NCBI GenBank assembly: GCA_016840855.1
Contig: JAEORO010000055.1
Coordinates: forward strand, 1-15,992
Source: Candidatus Thorarchaeota archaeon
GTDB taxonomy: Archaea; Asgardarchaeota; Thorarchaeia; Thorarchaeales; Thorarchaeaceae
Reading direction: 5' to 3'
Length of the DNA stretch: 15,992 nucleotides
A program made the position numbers and the translations under genes. This document shows positions 1 through 7,437 of this stretch, in pieces (the stretch's first letter is position 1; each line of letters opens with the position of its first letter). The notes beneath the pieces were generated by a model, which worked only from the letters and a program-made list of their open reading frames with translations, made no database searches and was not told the DNA's origin.

Positions 1-2
1 CC

Positions 3-104
3 AAGAATTGGGGAATAAGAATAGAAGATACTATTGTGGTTGGAAAGAAGGCGCCTTTAGTTTTGACTAACTATTCACATGAATTAACACATGACTCTCA
101 CTGA
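3..104 (+). CDS. 3' end of M24 family (Xaa-Pro amino/dipeptidase) metallopeptidase, partial
   Basis: Manual translation from position 3 gives KNWGIRIEDTIVVGKKAPLVLTNYSHELTHDSH*. G-I-R-I-E-D-x-I-V-V...LT is the conserved C-terminal metal-ligand motif of M24B peptidases. Not in the ORF track. Confidence 0.85.
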   Translation, partial: KNWGIRIEDTIVVGKKAPLVLTNYSHELTHDSH

Positions 105-181
105 AACAATCGCTGAAAGAAACTCAGACACAGAATCTCAAAGAATAGGTGGACTTTTCTTTGCCATGTCAGATAGTTAAA

Positions 182-229
182 AAGTAGAAACTGACAGGAT
201 TTGGTGTCCATTGTGTTCGTTTCATTTTT
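182..229 (+). repeat. Degenerate, internally deleted copy (copy 0) of the dispersed intergenic repeat
   Basis: aagtagaaactgacaggatttggtg matches copy 3 (aagtagaggctgacggggtcgggtg) at 19/25 positions. It then runs directly into cattgt...tttcattttt, like the repeat 3' tail. The central hairpin is missing. Confidence 0.5.
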
Positions 230-305
230 ATCCGGAGGATTTTTTTCTAATCATCATTACAGTCATTGTATGCAAGAAGTGAGAATTGATATTCATTACT
301 AAGAC

Positions 306-470
306 TCATGAATCTTCAAGCATATCCCCAGTCTGAACTGCTACTTTCTCTGCGATGCTATCAACAAGTAACCAAACTCCAAGCAAGGGAACTGCAGCTA
401 GCAGATAATTCATAAATCCATATTCACTATAGTTAAGCAGCTTCTGTGGATAAGCCCATAGAGAATTTGT
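306..470 (-). pseudogene. Possible 3' remnant of a membrane-protein gene
   Basis: Minus-strand frame ...LWAYPQKLLNYSEYGFMNYLLAAVPLLGVWLLVDSIAEKVAVQTGDMLEDS* has one TM-like segment and a natural-looking C-terminus. The nominal start lies antisense inside the neighbouring gene, so there is no credible start. Confidence 0.3.
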
Positions 471-495
471 ATTACTATTTCGAAAAGAGGAGATA

Positions 496-1095
496 GTGAA
501 TAATTTGAGAAAAATTATCGTTTTGTCATTCATAACGCTTGATGGTGTCATTCAAGCGCCCGGCGGCCCTCAAGAAGACACCTCTGGTGATTTCAAATAC
601 GGTGGCTGGTTAGCTCCTTATTTTGATGATTTTCTAGGCAAAGTGATGTCTGAACAGATGGGTAGACCCTTCGATTTGTTGTTAGGGCGAAAAACATTTG
701 AGATATTCGCGTCATATTGGCCTAATCAAGAGAGTCCAATAAATGAAGCAACAAAGTATGTTGTTTCGAATACGCTCATGAAGCATGAATGGAATAAGTC
801 GGTCTTTTTGAAGGGCGATATCGTGAAGAAAATCAGAGAGCTCAAGTCACAAGATGGCCCTGAACTGCAAGTTCATGGCAGCGGCAATCTCATCCAAACA
901 CTATTGAAACATGATCTGGTTGATGAGTTGTGGCTCAAGATTTTCCCCGTCACTCTTGGTGCGGGAAAGCGCTTATTTGTGGAAGGTACTATTCCTGCTG
1001 CGCTCACGCTAAAGGATTTCAAAATCTCGCCAAAAGGAGTCATCGTTGCCTCCTATGAACGTGCAGGAGATGTGAAAACCAGCTCCGTCGCCTAA
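496..1095 (+). CDS. Dihydrofolate reductase-like / RibD C-terminal domain protein
   Basis: Motifs (L)RKIIV..FITLDGVIQAPGGP.ED..G.F.YGGW, LLLGRKTFEIFA.YWP, KYVVS, VHGSGNLIQTLL..DLVDEL.L...PV.LG.GKRLF. GAGGAG RBS before the GTG start. Confidence 0.92.
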   Translation: MNNLRKIIVLSFITLDGVIQAPGGPQEDTSGDFKYGGWLAPYFDDFLGKVMSEQMGRPFDLLLGRKTFEIFASYWPNQESPINEATKYVVSNTLMKHEWNKSVFLKGDIVKKIRELKSQDGPELQVHGSGNLIQTLLKHDLVDELWLKIFPVTLGAGKRLFVEGTIPAALTLKDFKISPKGVIVASYERAGDVKTSSVA

Positions 1096-1096
1096 G

Positions 1097-1219
1097 AGAA
1101 GGCACATCAAGATGCTCCCAGCAATATCCAATCCCCAAAAACGATTCTCTCTAACAGAAGAGGGTGAAAAATTTCTGAAGGAGAACACAGAGTTCATAAT
1201 AAGTCCCCGCAAAGTTTGA
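1097..1219 (+). pseudogene. Possible 3' remnant of a winged helix-turn-helix protein gene
   Basis: Frame RRHIKMLPAISNPQKRFSLTEEGEKFLKENTEFIISPRKV* starts immediately after the RibD-like stop. FSLTEEGEKFL resembles the wing motif (Y/F)xLTxxG of PadR/ArsR-type wHTH proteins. Confidence 0.4.
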
Positions 1220-1448
1220 AATTCTCGATTCGTCCGTTACTGGACTGCAGTTCTTCTCTTTTTGTCCGATGGAATCCTAGCCAGACGCGCATGTTGAATC
1301 TGCTGATTGACTGACGCGATTACACTTCGAAACTCATTGTGTATTAGATAAGTTTCGAAATGGCTAATATGTCAAAGCACTCACAAAGATATTTGATGAA
1401 TTGTCTGACTGGCCAGACTCTCTACTGGAAAATAAAGATGATGAAGAA

Positions 1449-1553
1449 AGCTTACTCTATCCTCGAGCAGAGAGAGGTGCAGGCTATGGGCGGGGTTGGC
1501 TAACGGGACCTTTCCCTTTGCTGTTCACTGTTGAGCACCCTTTCTCTTTTGCA
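1449..1553 (+). repeat. Dispersed structured repeat, copy 1 (long variant)
   Basis: agcttactctatcctcgagcagagagaggtgcaggctatgggcggggttggctaacgggacctttccctttgctgttcactgttgagcaccctttctcttttgca. About 13 differences over ~105 bp against copy 2 by manual alignment. Confidence 0.92.
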
Positions 1554-1633
1554 CAAGTCAGCTATCTAAGAGGCGATACTTACGGAGTAGTATATTTTGG
1601 TGAGTCATTCTGCTGCTCACATTTAGTCTTGGT

Positions 1634-2200
1634 TCAGCAGCCAGAAGTATTGTAAGAGATTATGACATCTCGGAAGTGACCTCTTTTGGTATCGCTTTCA
1701 ACTTGAGTTGCATGCCATTGGCGTAAACCTATAATCTTGGCAACAATCCTTCCTGCAAAGAAGCCAATAACAAAGCCATACAGTACAACCATGCCCAAAG
1801 TCAAGGATAATCCACCGCTTCCACCGAGTGCGATAGTGAGAAGCGCCCCACCAGGTGCAGCCAGAATTACAAATGGTGGGGCATATAGAAGCAACGCACG
1901 TGTGAAAGAAACACGAACTGATCCCTCTGTTCTTACTCGCCTATTAATAAACAAAGTCAGAATTATGTTCGTCACAAAGCCAAAAAAGCTGAGTGCTAAG
2001 TAGATCAGAGCCATACTCACATTTTCAAGTCCAGGAACCCAGTTTGATTCTTGTGGAGCATAAAACGTGTAAAAACCGACAAAGAACAAACTAATCAAAG
2101 TCACTGACGCCTCCTCGAAATTAAGCAGGTAATATCCTAGGAAACGTGTGAACTCGTATGTTTTCTGGACCGATTGTTGCTCTTCCGTGGATATGGTCAT
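1634..2200 (-). CDS. Hypothetical integral membrane protein (about 4 TM helices)
   Basis: 188 aa ORF with four long hydrophobic segments, 22 bp downstream of and co-oriented with the 308 aa gene. Confidence 0.75.
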   Translation of the reverse strand: MTISTEEQQSVQKTYEFTRFLGYYLLNFEEASVTLISLFFVGFYTFYAPQESNWVPGLENVSMALIYLALSFFGFVTNIILTLFINRRVRTEGSVRVSFTRALLLYAPPFVILAAPGGALLTIALGGSGGLSLTLGMVVLYGFVIGFFAGRIVAKIIGLRQWHATQVESDTKRGHFRDVIISYNTSGC

Positions 2201-2222
2201 GAGTTTCTCACACTGCTGTTGA

Positions 2223-3149
2223 TTACACAGAACCTTCTAAAGAGTATGATCGAATCCAGAGATCCTTCCATCCTCCGTAGGAGCATGATACCCATAAGTC
2301 TGGCCAGAAATATGAGTAGGAAAATCCATCACCTTGTTCAGCTTGGAGTACCGCACCAAGCCACCATACCAAGAAGAATTGATAAATCCCCAAGACCAGT
2401 AAAGTAGCTGATATGACAGCAGCTGCAAAAACAGCTAGTACTGCCGCAGCAGGTATAAAACCAGCGAAAAGTGCGAAACCCCCTGTAATAGAAAACAAGA
2501 TTACTCTCCACAAGCTTGCTTCATCTATAGCTGCATTAACCTCGCTTTGTGAGTGATGAGTTAGCATATAGCGCGATCCACCAGCTCTGTAATACCAACC
2601 GAGGTTCCACTGCTCTGGATGATACAGAGAGTAGTAGTAGTTGTCCGGATGTTCGTAGTCGACCGATCGTTGTGTGCTGCCAGGCGCCTTAATCATCTTG
2701 AATCCATTCCACCAATAGTACGTGAATGTTCCCCAATCCGATGAAGGTATAGCCTGTTTAACTGGTTTAATAACATCCTCCGGGGTGTCCTTTAACATCA
2801 CCACGTCTGATAGCTTGTCCACCATTTCTGAGGTTTCACTGGTCAACACGTTATTATTTTCATCAAATGTAAGATACTCCTGAGTATATCTTACCATCAA
2901 CTCAGCTTGTTCAATGTATGTTTCCCCTGAAACAACAATTTTCATCTTTGTTCCTTCGTATTCAAAGGAACATTCTCTCTCAAAAGGTCCAATCTTAGGA
3001 CTATGTCCTTCCAATATTGGAACTTTGGAGAAAGCCTCTATTCGTTCTGATTCAGAAGCAACTGGTATTGGGGCTATAAACGCTGCAAACATTAGCAAAA
3101 CCAATACAGTGACTACTGGAATCCTAACTATATTACGAAATCCCATCAA
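2223..3149 (-). CDS. Hypothetical secreted protein with C-terminal hydrophobic Ala/Gly-rich hairpin
   Basis: 308 aa. N-terminal basic plus hydrophobic signal-like segment (RNIVRIPVVTVLVLLMFAAFIAPIPVA), Tyr/Trp-rich middle region, and a ~50 aa hydrophobic stretch near the C-terminus. GAGGG RBS upstream. Confidence 0.78.
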   Translation of the reverse strand: MMGFRNIVRIPVVTVLVLLMFAAFIAPIPVASESERIEAFSKVPILEGHSPKIGPFERECSFEYEGTKMKIVVSGETYIEQAELMVRYTQEYLTFDENNNVLTSETSEMVDKLSDVVMLKDTPEDVIKPVKQAIPSSDWGTFTYYWWNGFKMIKAPGSTQRSVDYEHPDNYYYSLYHPEQWNLGWYYRAGGSRYMLTHHSQSEVNAAIDEASLWRVILFSITGGFALFAGFIPAAAVLAVFAAAVISATLLVLGIYQFFLVWWLGAVLQAEQGDGFSYSYFWPDLWVSCSYGGWKDLWIRSYSLEGSV

Positions 3150-3222
3150 AGTCCCTCATCATATATTAACACCAAATGGATTTAAAGACAATGGTTGGAT
3201 TTTCACGATTAAATTGTGAAAC

Positions 3223-3327
3223 AGCTTGCTCTGCTTTCGAGCAGAGAGAGGTGCAGGCTGACGAGCGGGGTTGGCTAACGGGACCTTTCCCTAGCCGCTC
3301 ACTGTTGAGCACCCTTCCTCTTTTGCA
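3223..3327 (+). repeat. Dispersed structured repeat, copy 2 (long variant)
   Basis: Direct repeat of copy 1. Stems: ctctgct-ttcg-agcagag, gagcgg/ccgctc, ggcta/tagcc, ggga-cctt-tccc, ggtgc/gcacc. Confidence 0.92.
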
Positions 3328-3472
3328 GTTGTAATTTGCTTGTTCGAGATAAAACTAGAATCACTTGGTCATGTCTGTCCATGTTCAAATTTATAATGCT
3401 AATTCCTTCCTCATACTTTCAATATAGAATTGACCCACAAGGGTAGAGGTGGTTTAACTGCAATATCTAAAA

Positions 3473-4462
3473 TTGAGTGGTGCATACTATGATATTGGTA
3501 AAAATTTTGGAAAATTCAGGAGGGGTTTCGATTACTACGCGACTCCAGATGAGAGGCGGCTTGAATTAGCCCTCAAGTGTGAGGATTTGTTGAAGGAACA
3601 TGCAAGCGATCTACACGATGAACTCTTGGGATTCTCCACGGGAATCAGACTGCCTTATGAATCAGTTCTAGCAAAGCAGCTTCTCCCTCACGAGATATCT
3701 GGTTGCAATCTCTTCTTTGTGAAAGGTGAATATACCGATAATGGACATCCAATCTTTGTCAGACACATGGACTGGATTGAGGATGACCTGCAACGTCTTA
3801 CCATGCTTGAAACAAGACAACTAGGAAAGAATGTTGCTCTTGGTCTTAGTTTTGCTGAATTGGGCTGCTTTGACGGAATAAACACAACAGGTCTGGCAGT
3901 AGGCACCGCATCAGTTCCATTCTTCATGGGTAAACAAAGTGTAGGTCTTCTCGACAGATACGTTGCCAGATGGGCTCTTGATAACTTCTCCTCAGTTGAG
4001 GAATCAGTAGACTATCTATATTCTGTTCCTCATGCTGAAGCAATCATTTTTCTTGTCGCAGATAGGAAAGGGACATCAGCCCGTATAGAGGTTTCACCCA
4101 CCAAGGTCCGAGCTGAAGTGTCAGATGAAGGAATTAATGTTGCTAACAACTTCTTCATTCTACAGGATATGCGTGAGCTAGATAGTATGCCTAAGGATGA
4201 TAGGTCTTGGACATATCATAGGAGAATCCATGATTGGTTCCTAAATACAAAACACAAGATTGGACTGAAACAGGTCAAGGAGATATGCAGGAATCATGAA
4301 ACGGGTATCTGTGAGCACCTGCAAGATCCTCCAGGAGGTACGATTTATTCTTGGATTTCAGAACTAGGAAGCGGCACCATCCATCTTTCAGTTGGATATC
4401 CATGTTCTAATCACTATGTTTCTTACGATATAGTTGAATCATCTCAGATGGGTAAGAAGTAG
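3473..4462 (+). CDS. C45 family autoproteolytic acyltransferase/hydrolase (Ntn hydrolase, AAT-like)
   Basis: SG.YYDIG N-terminus, G|C self-cleavage site (SGCNLFFV...G.PIFVRHMDW), DGINTTGLAVG, FLVAD..G...RIE and VANNF. The true start may be CTG at 3458, behind GAGGTGG at 3446-3452. Confidence 0.85.
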   Translation: MSGAYYDIGKNFGKFRRGFDYYATPDERRLELALKCEDLLKEHASDLHDELLGFSTGIRLPYESVLAKQLLPHEISGCNLFFVKGEYTDNGHPIFVRHMDWIEDDLQRLTMLETRQLGKNVALGLSFAELGCFDGINTTGLAVGTASVPFFMGKQSVGLLDRYVARWALDNFSSVEESVDYLYSVPHAEAIIFLVADRKGTSARIEVSPTKVRAEVSDEGINVANNFFILQDMRELDSMPKDDRSWTYHRRIHDWFLNTKHKIGLKQVKEICRNHETGICEHLQDPPGGTIYSWISELGSGTIHLSVGYPCSNHYVSYDIVESSQMGKK

Positions 4463-4530
4463 AGGCTGACGGGGTCGGGTGAACAGGGAACTTTCCCCTT
4501 TCTGACATTGTCGAACACCCCCACCATTTT
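4453..4530 (+). repeat. Dispersed structured repeat, copy 3 (overlaps stop codon of the C45 gene)
   Basis: taagaagtagaggctgacggggtcgggtgaacagggaactttcccctttctgacattgtcgaacacccccaccatttt. The first 44 bp match copy 4 at 43 positions. Confidence 0.92.
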
Positions 4531-4625
4531 GTTTCTTATTTCTTCTCTATTCTTGATTATTTGGTACAGTCTCAAGTCAGTACTAACTTTATGCATGATA
4601 TAGCTTCAAGAAATCATACAAAAAC

Positions 4626-5012
4626 TTGGAGTATCGAATTATGATAGAAGAAATGGAACAGATTCGAGAAACGGTAAATACCTACCTGGAAGCAGTGACC
4701 CACAAGGACTGGAACAAGTTTCAAGAATCATGGCATTCTGAAGCAAGGATGAATTTTGTAAGAGATGGGGAGGTACATTCTGTTTCTCGTTCATTCTGGA
4801 AAGATTGGTGTGAAAACCCGTTAGACCCTGAAGAGAAGAGAACCAGTATGATTACGTCGATTGATGTAACTGGTAACATCGCTGCGGCCAAAGTAGTTGT
4901 ACTCCGAGAAACACCTATTGAAAGGATGCTACTCACAGACTATCTGACTCTTCTTCAAGAAGATAATAACTGGCTAATTATTAGCAAATCTTACACATCC
5001 AGCATGGTCTAG
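4626..5012 (+). CDS. NTF2-like / putative lumazine-binding (Lumazine_bd_2) protein
   Basis: Pattern I...V..Y.EA....D...F...WH.EA.M, IDV.GNIAAAKV, TDYLTLL....W.IISK.Y. The start may be ATG at 4641. Confidence 0.85.
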   Translation: MEYRIMIEEMEQIRETVNTYLEAVTHKDWNKFQESWHSEARMNFVRDGEVHSVSRSFWKDWCENPLDPEEKRTSMITSIDVTGNIAAAKVVVLRETPIERMLLTDYLTLLQEDNNWLIISKSYTSSMV

Positions 5013-5049
5013 AACAACTAAGTAAAGTCACATAGTACACTGCTTCTAA

Positions 5050-5787
5050 TCAGATCTCTTCAGCAATACTCTCTTCAAGAGGAGCTGGATGTGTTCCTCT
5101 TTTTCCGGAGAAATGATGCCAGGTGTGAAGATGAGGCATTAAAGCTTGCATAATCTTACTCTCTGCTTTTCTTAGGTGTTCTTGGAATGTTGTTCTTCTG
5201 ACTCCTATATTATTTGATATTGTCTTGACATCAGCAGCTCTTGGTATTCTGTAGTACCCTTGAGAATGTGCAGTGAGAACCGCATCTGTCTGTAGATCTG
5301 TTAGGCTCTCAAACAATGATTCTGTTCGTATTGTCATTGACCCTCCAGAGAACCCACTGAACGGAACCTTGCGAAGAATCCATGGCATGTAACTGCAATC
5401 CTGAAACTCTTCTATTAGCTTGGTTATGTCTTTCTGCCTGAAAGCAATCACTCTGTGATATTCCCATCCGCCGTAGTAACTAATAGGGGCTAGGTGAAGA
5501 ATATCAAGTTTTGATGGACAATCTTCAATGATGCTTTCCACTCCACAAGGAATGGATTTAGAGATGAGATGACTCTGATACTCATCTCCGACATGATTGA
5601 TAACACCATCAAGTGAGCATGCATCCTTAATGGAATCTGAATTTTCAGTTCCATCTCGAGAAAAGACTTCGATGATTTCGTGATTCTTAATCCTCCACTT
5701 GTGGACTCCAGCCAAGGGATTTCTAATTGTGAAATCTGCCAATCTGCAATTGTGTCTTATCTTGAATTCTAATTCGAATATTGCCAT
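5050..5787 (-). CDS. Archaeal HTH_10 (bacterio-opsin activator-type HTH) transcriptional regulator
   Basis: C-terminal LTD.Q..A...A...GYY.IPR......I....G....TF.EHLRKAE.KI is the HTH_10 signature. GGTGA RBS upstream on the minus strand. Confidence 0.9.
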   Translation of the reverse strand: MAIFELEFKIRHNCRLADFTIRNPLAGVHKWRIKNHEIIEVFSRDGTENSDSIKDACSLDGVINHVGDEYQSHLISKSIPCGVESIIEDCPSKLDILHLAPISYYGGWEYHRVIAFRQKDITKLIEEFQDCSYMPWILRKVPFSGFSGGSMTIRTESLFESLTDLQTDAVLTAHSQGYYRIPRAADVKTISNNIGVRRTTFQEHLRKAESKIMQALMPHLHTWHHFSGKRGTHPAPLEESIAEEI

Positions 5788-5810
5788 GAATAACCCTCAC
5801 CGAATTGAGT

Positions 5811-5849
5811 AATGTATTGAGTACTGTCATATGACAGTATCTATACATT
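5811..5849. promoter_or_regulatory. Palindromic operator candidate upstream of the HTH_10 gene
   Basis: Perfect 18 bp palindrome TACTGTCATATGACAGTA (5822-5839) with outer arms AATGTAT/ATACATT. It lies between a minus-strand TATAA (about 5854-5858) and the start codon at 5787. Confidence 0.65.
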
Positions 5850-5884
5850 GGCTTATAGATTGAAAATCGTCTGATTCATTGTTC

Positions 5885-5961
5885 TAAGAAGTAGAGGTTG
5901 ACGGGGTCGGGTGAACAGGGAACTTTCCTTCTCTGACACTGTTGAGCACCCTCTCACTTTT
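5885..5961 (+). repeat. Dispersed structured repeat, copy 4
   Basis: taagaagtagaggttgacggggtcgggtgaacagggaactttccttctctgacactgttgagcaccctctcactttt. Confidence 0.92.
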
Positions 5962-6067
5962 CACCTATCTAGTCATGTAAGTGGATTTTCTGTTTGCTAT
6001 CTTGTGGGATTCTATCTAATTTACTACCTGGATAGAATTCCATAGAATCTTTCGTTATCTTCTACAC

Positions 6068-7267
6068 TCACTTCACACCTTCACCAGATGTCCTTACTTT
6101 TTTCAACCACAAGTATATGACAACAATGGCTGCTAATCCTCCAGTGAGAAAGATTAGTTCTAGACTTATGGTGAGCTCACCATTGTTTCCAATCTCCAGA
6201 ATGACGAATCCATTCTCTTGATCCGTCATATAGATTAGATTACCAATCACTTCAACCCGGTTAGGCTTGCCGTTGTCAAAGTAACGGGTCACTTCAGTAA
6301 GTTCAGCTGGATTGTGAATATCTAGTAGTAGTAACCCTAATTCAAGGTCGCAAAGAAAGGCAAGACTACGCTCAGTGTCAATGTGAACAGAAAAAGCGTT
6401 CAAACTCTCATTGAATTCACCTATGACTTCGATGTTTGACAGATTGCTAATGCTCAATACCTTAAAGCTCTTACCCCAATAACTTAGAAAAGCCAAATCT
6501 CCAACGATTTCAAGATCGCCTAAGTCCGCATCGCTAGTCGATGGTCCTATGTACTGCACAAGTTGTGTTGGATTAGTGAGGTTGCTAACATCAAAAACAG
6601 TGAACCCTGCGTAACTTGTTGTCACAAACGCCAAATTATCCACAACTTCAATATCCGTTGCATCTCCAATTGTTATGAAACTGCTCAGTAGTGCAGGTGT
6701 GGAAGGGTCAGTCACATTTACAATCGTCAGTTTATCGCCACTGCCTTGGAATCCGTTGGCGACAAAAGCCACATTTCCTACCACTTCTACATCCCATGCA
6801 TAATCACCAGTGAACTGACTCAGAGTAACAGGACTAGATATGTTTTCCAAGTCAATTATTTTGAGTCCACCTTGACCTTCACCTATGTACATTAGATCAT
6901 CACGCATATCGAACTGGTGGGCATAACCGCTTGAGGAAGAAGGTATGTTTGCCATATTCGTTGGCTCTCGAGGGTCACTTATACCAAAGACCTTTACTCC
7001 GGAGTAACCACAACTAACATAGGCAATATCATCATCGGTGTCGACCCATACATCATAAGCATCACCAGTTTCAACCTGTCCGATTTTCATTAGTTCTATT
7101 TGATTCGCATATGTTTTAGGAAGGAAACAACATAGTATTGAGTTTAGAATGAAGACTAAAATCAAGACACGAGTAGTTTTGTTGAGGCCCCTCGTTAATT
7201 CACTCACTCTCCTACTTGACTTGTGTCTATGATTGCTCTGATTTTGAAGGCGTAAAGACAGCTTCAA
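6068..7267 (-). CDS. LVIVD-repeat (beta-propeller) membrane-anchored surface protein
   Basis: Repeats of A.DV.V.G..A(Y/F)V.....G(L/F)..(I/F)D(I/V)S.P..P, an N-terminal hydrophobic segment and a C-terminal TM anchor followed by KK. The true start is probably ~20 codons downstream of the ORF start. Confidence 0.85.
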   Translation of the reverse strand: MKLSLRLQNQSNHRHKSSRRVSELTRGLNKTTRVLILVFILNSILCCFLPKTYANQIELMKIGQVETGDAYDVWVDTDDDIAYVSCGYSGVKVFGISDPREPTNMANIPSSSSGYAHQFDMRDDLMYIGEGQGGLKIIDLENISSPVTLSQFTGDYAWDVEVVGNVAFVANGFQGSGDKLTIVNVTDPSTPALLSSFITIGDATDIEVVDNLAFVTTSYAGFTVFDVSNLTNPTQLVQYIGPSTSDADLGDLEIVGDLAFLSYWGKSFKVLSISNLSNIEVIGEFNESLNAFSVHIDTERSLAFLCDLELGLLLLDIHNPAELTEVTRYFDNGKPNRVEVIGNLIYMTDQENGFVILEIGNNGELTISLELIFLTGGLAAIVVIYLWLKKVRTSGEGVK

Positions 7268-7367
7268 GCATCATTGAATTAAGTAGTCCATTTAATTAAA
7301 AACACCTTTCAAAGCAAGTTATTTGAATTATTGAAAACAATCAATCACCTGAAAACGATGTGTATAT

Positions 7368-7429
7368 GGCTGGATCGAGTTAACAGGGAACTTTCCTCTT
7401 TCTGAAACTATTGAGCACTCTTTTCATTT
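7368..7429 (+). repeat. Dispersed structured repeat, copy 5
   Basis: ggctggatcgagttaacagggaactttcctctttctgaaactattgagcactcttttcattt. Shares aacagggaactttcc and ttgagcac with copy 4. Confidence 0.85.
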
Positions 7430-7437
7430 CAAATCAG

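Noticed and set aside
1498-1536. Canonical integron attC (GGCTAAC...GTTGAGC)
   Set aside because: The AAC-to-GTT distance is only about 25 bp, there are no clear L boxes, the fold favours the top strand, homology extends past GTT, and no intI is present. Kept only as an analogy.
1401-1655. 84 aa ORF on the + strand
   Set aside because: It reads through repeat copy 1, has no recognisable motif and overlaps the convergent gene end.
4466-4516. SECIS-like spacing in the repeat (TGA-N12-AA-...-GA)
   Set aside because: Pairing fits a Watson-Crick/wobble register rather than a tandem GA quartet. Orientation is fixed regardless of the neighbouring gene strand, and no upstream gene shows a convincing in-frame Sec TGA.
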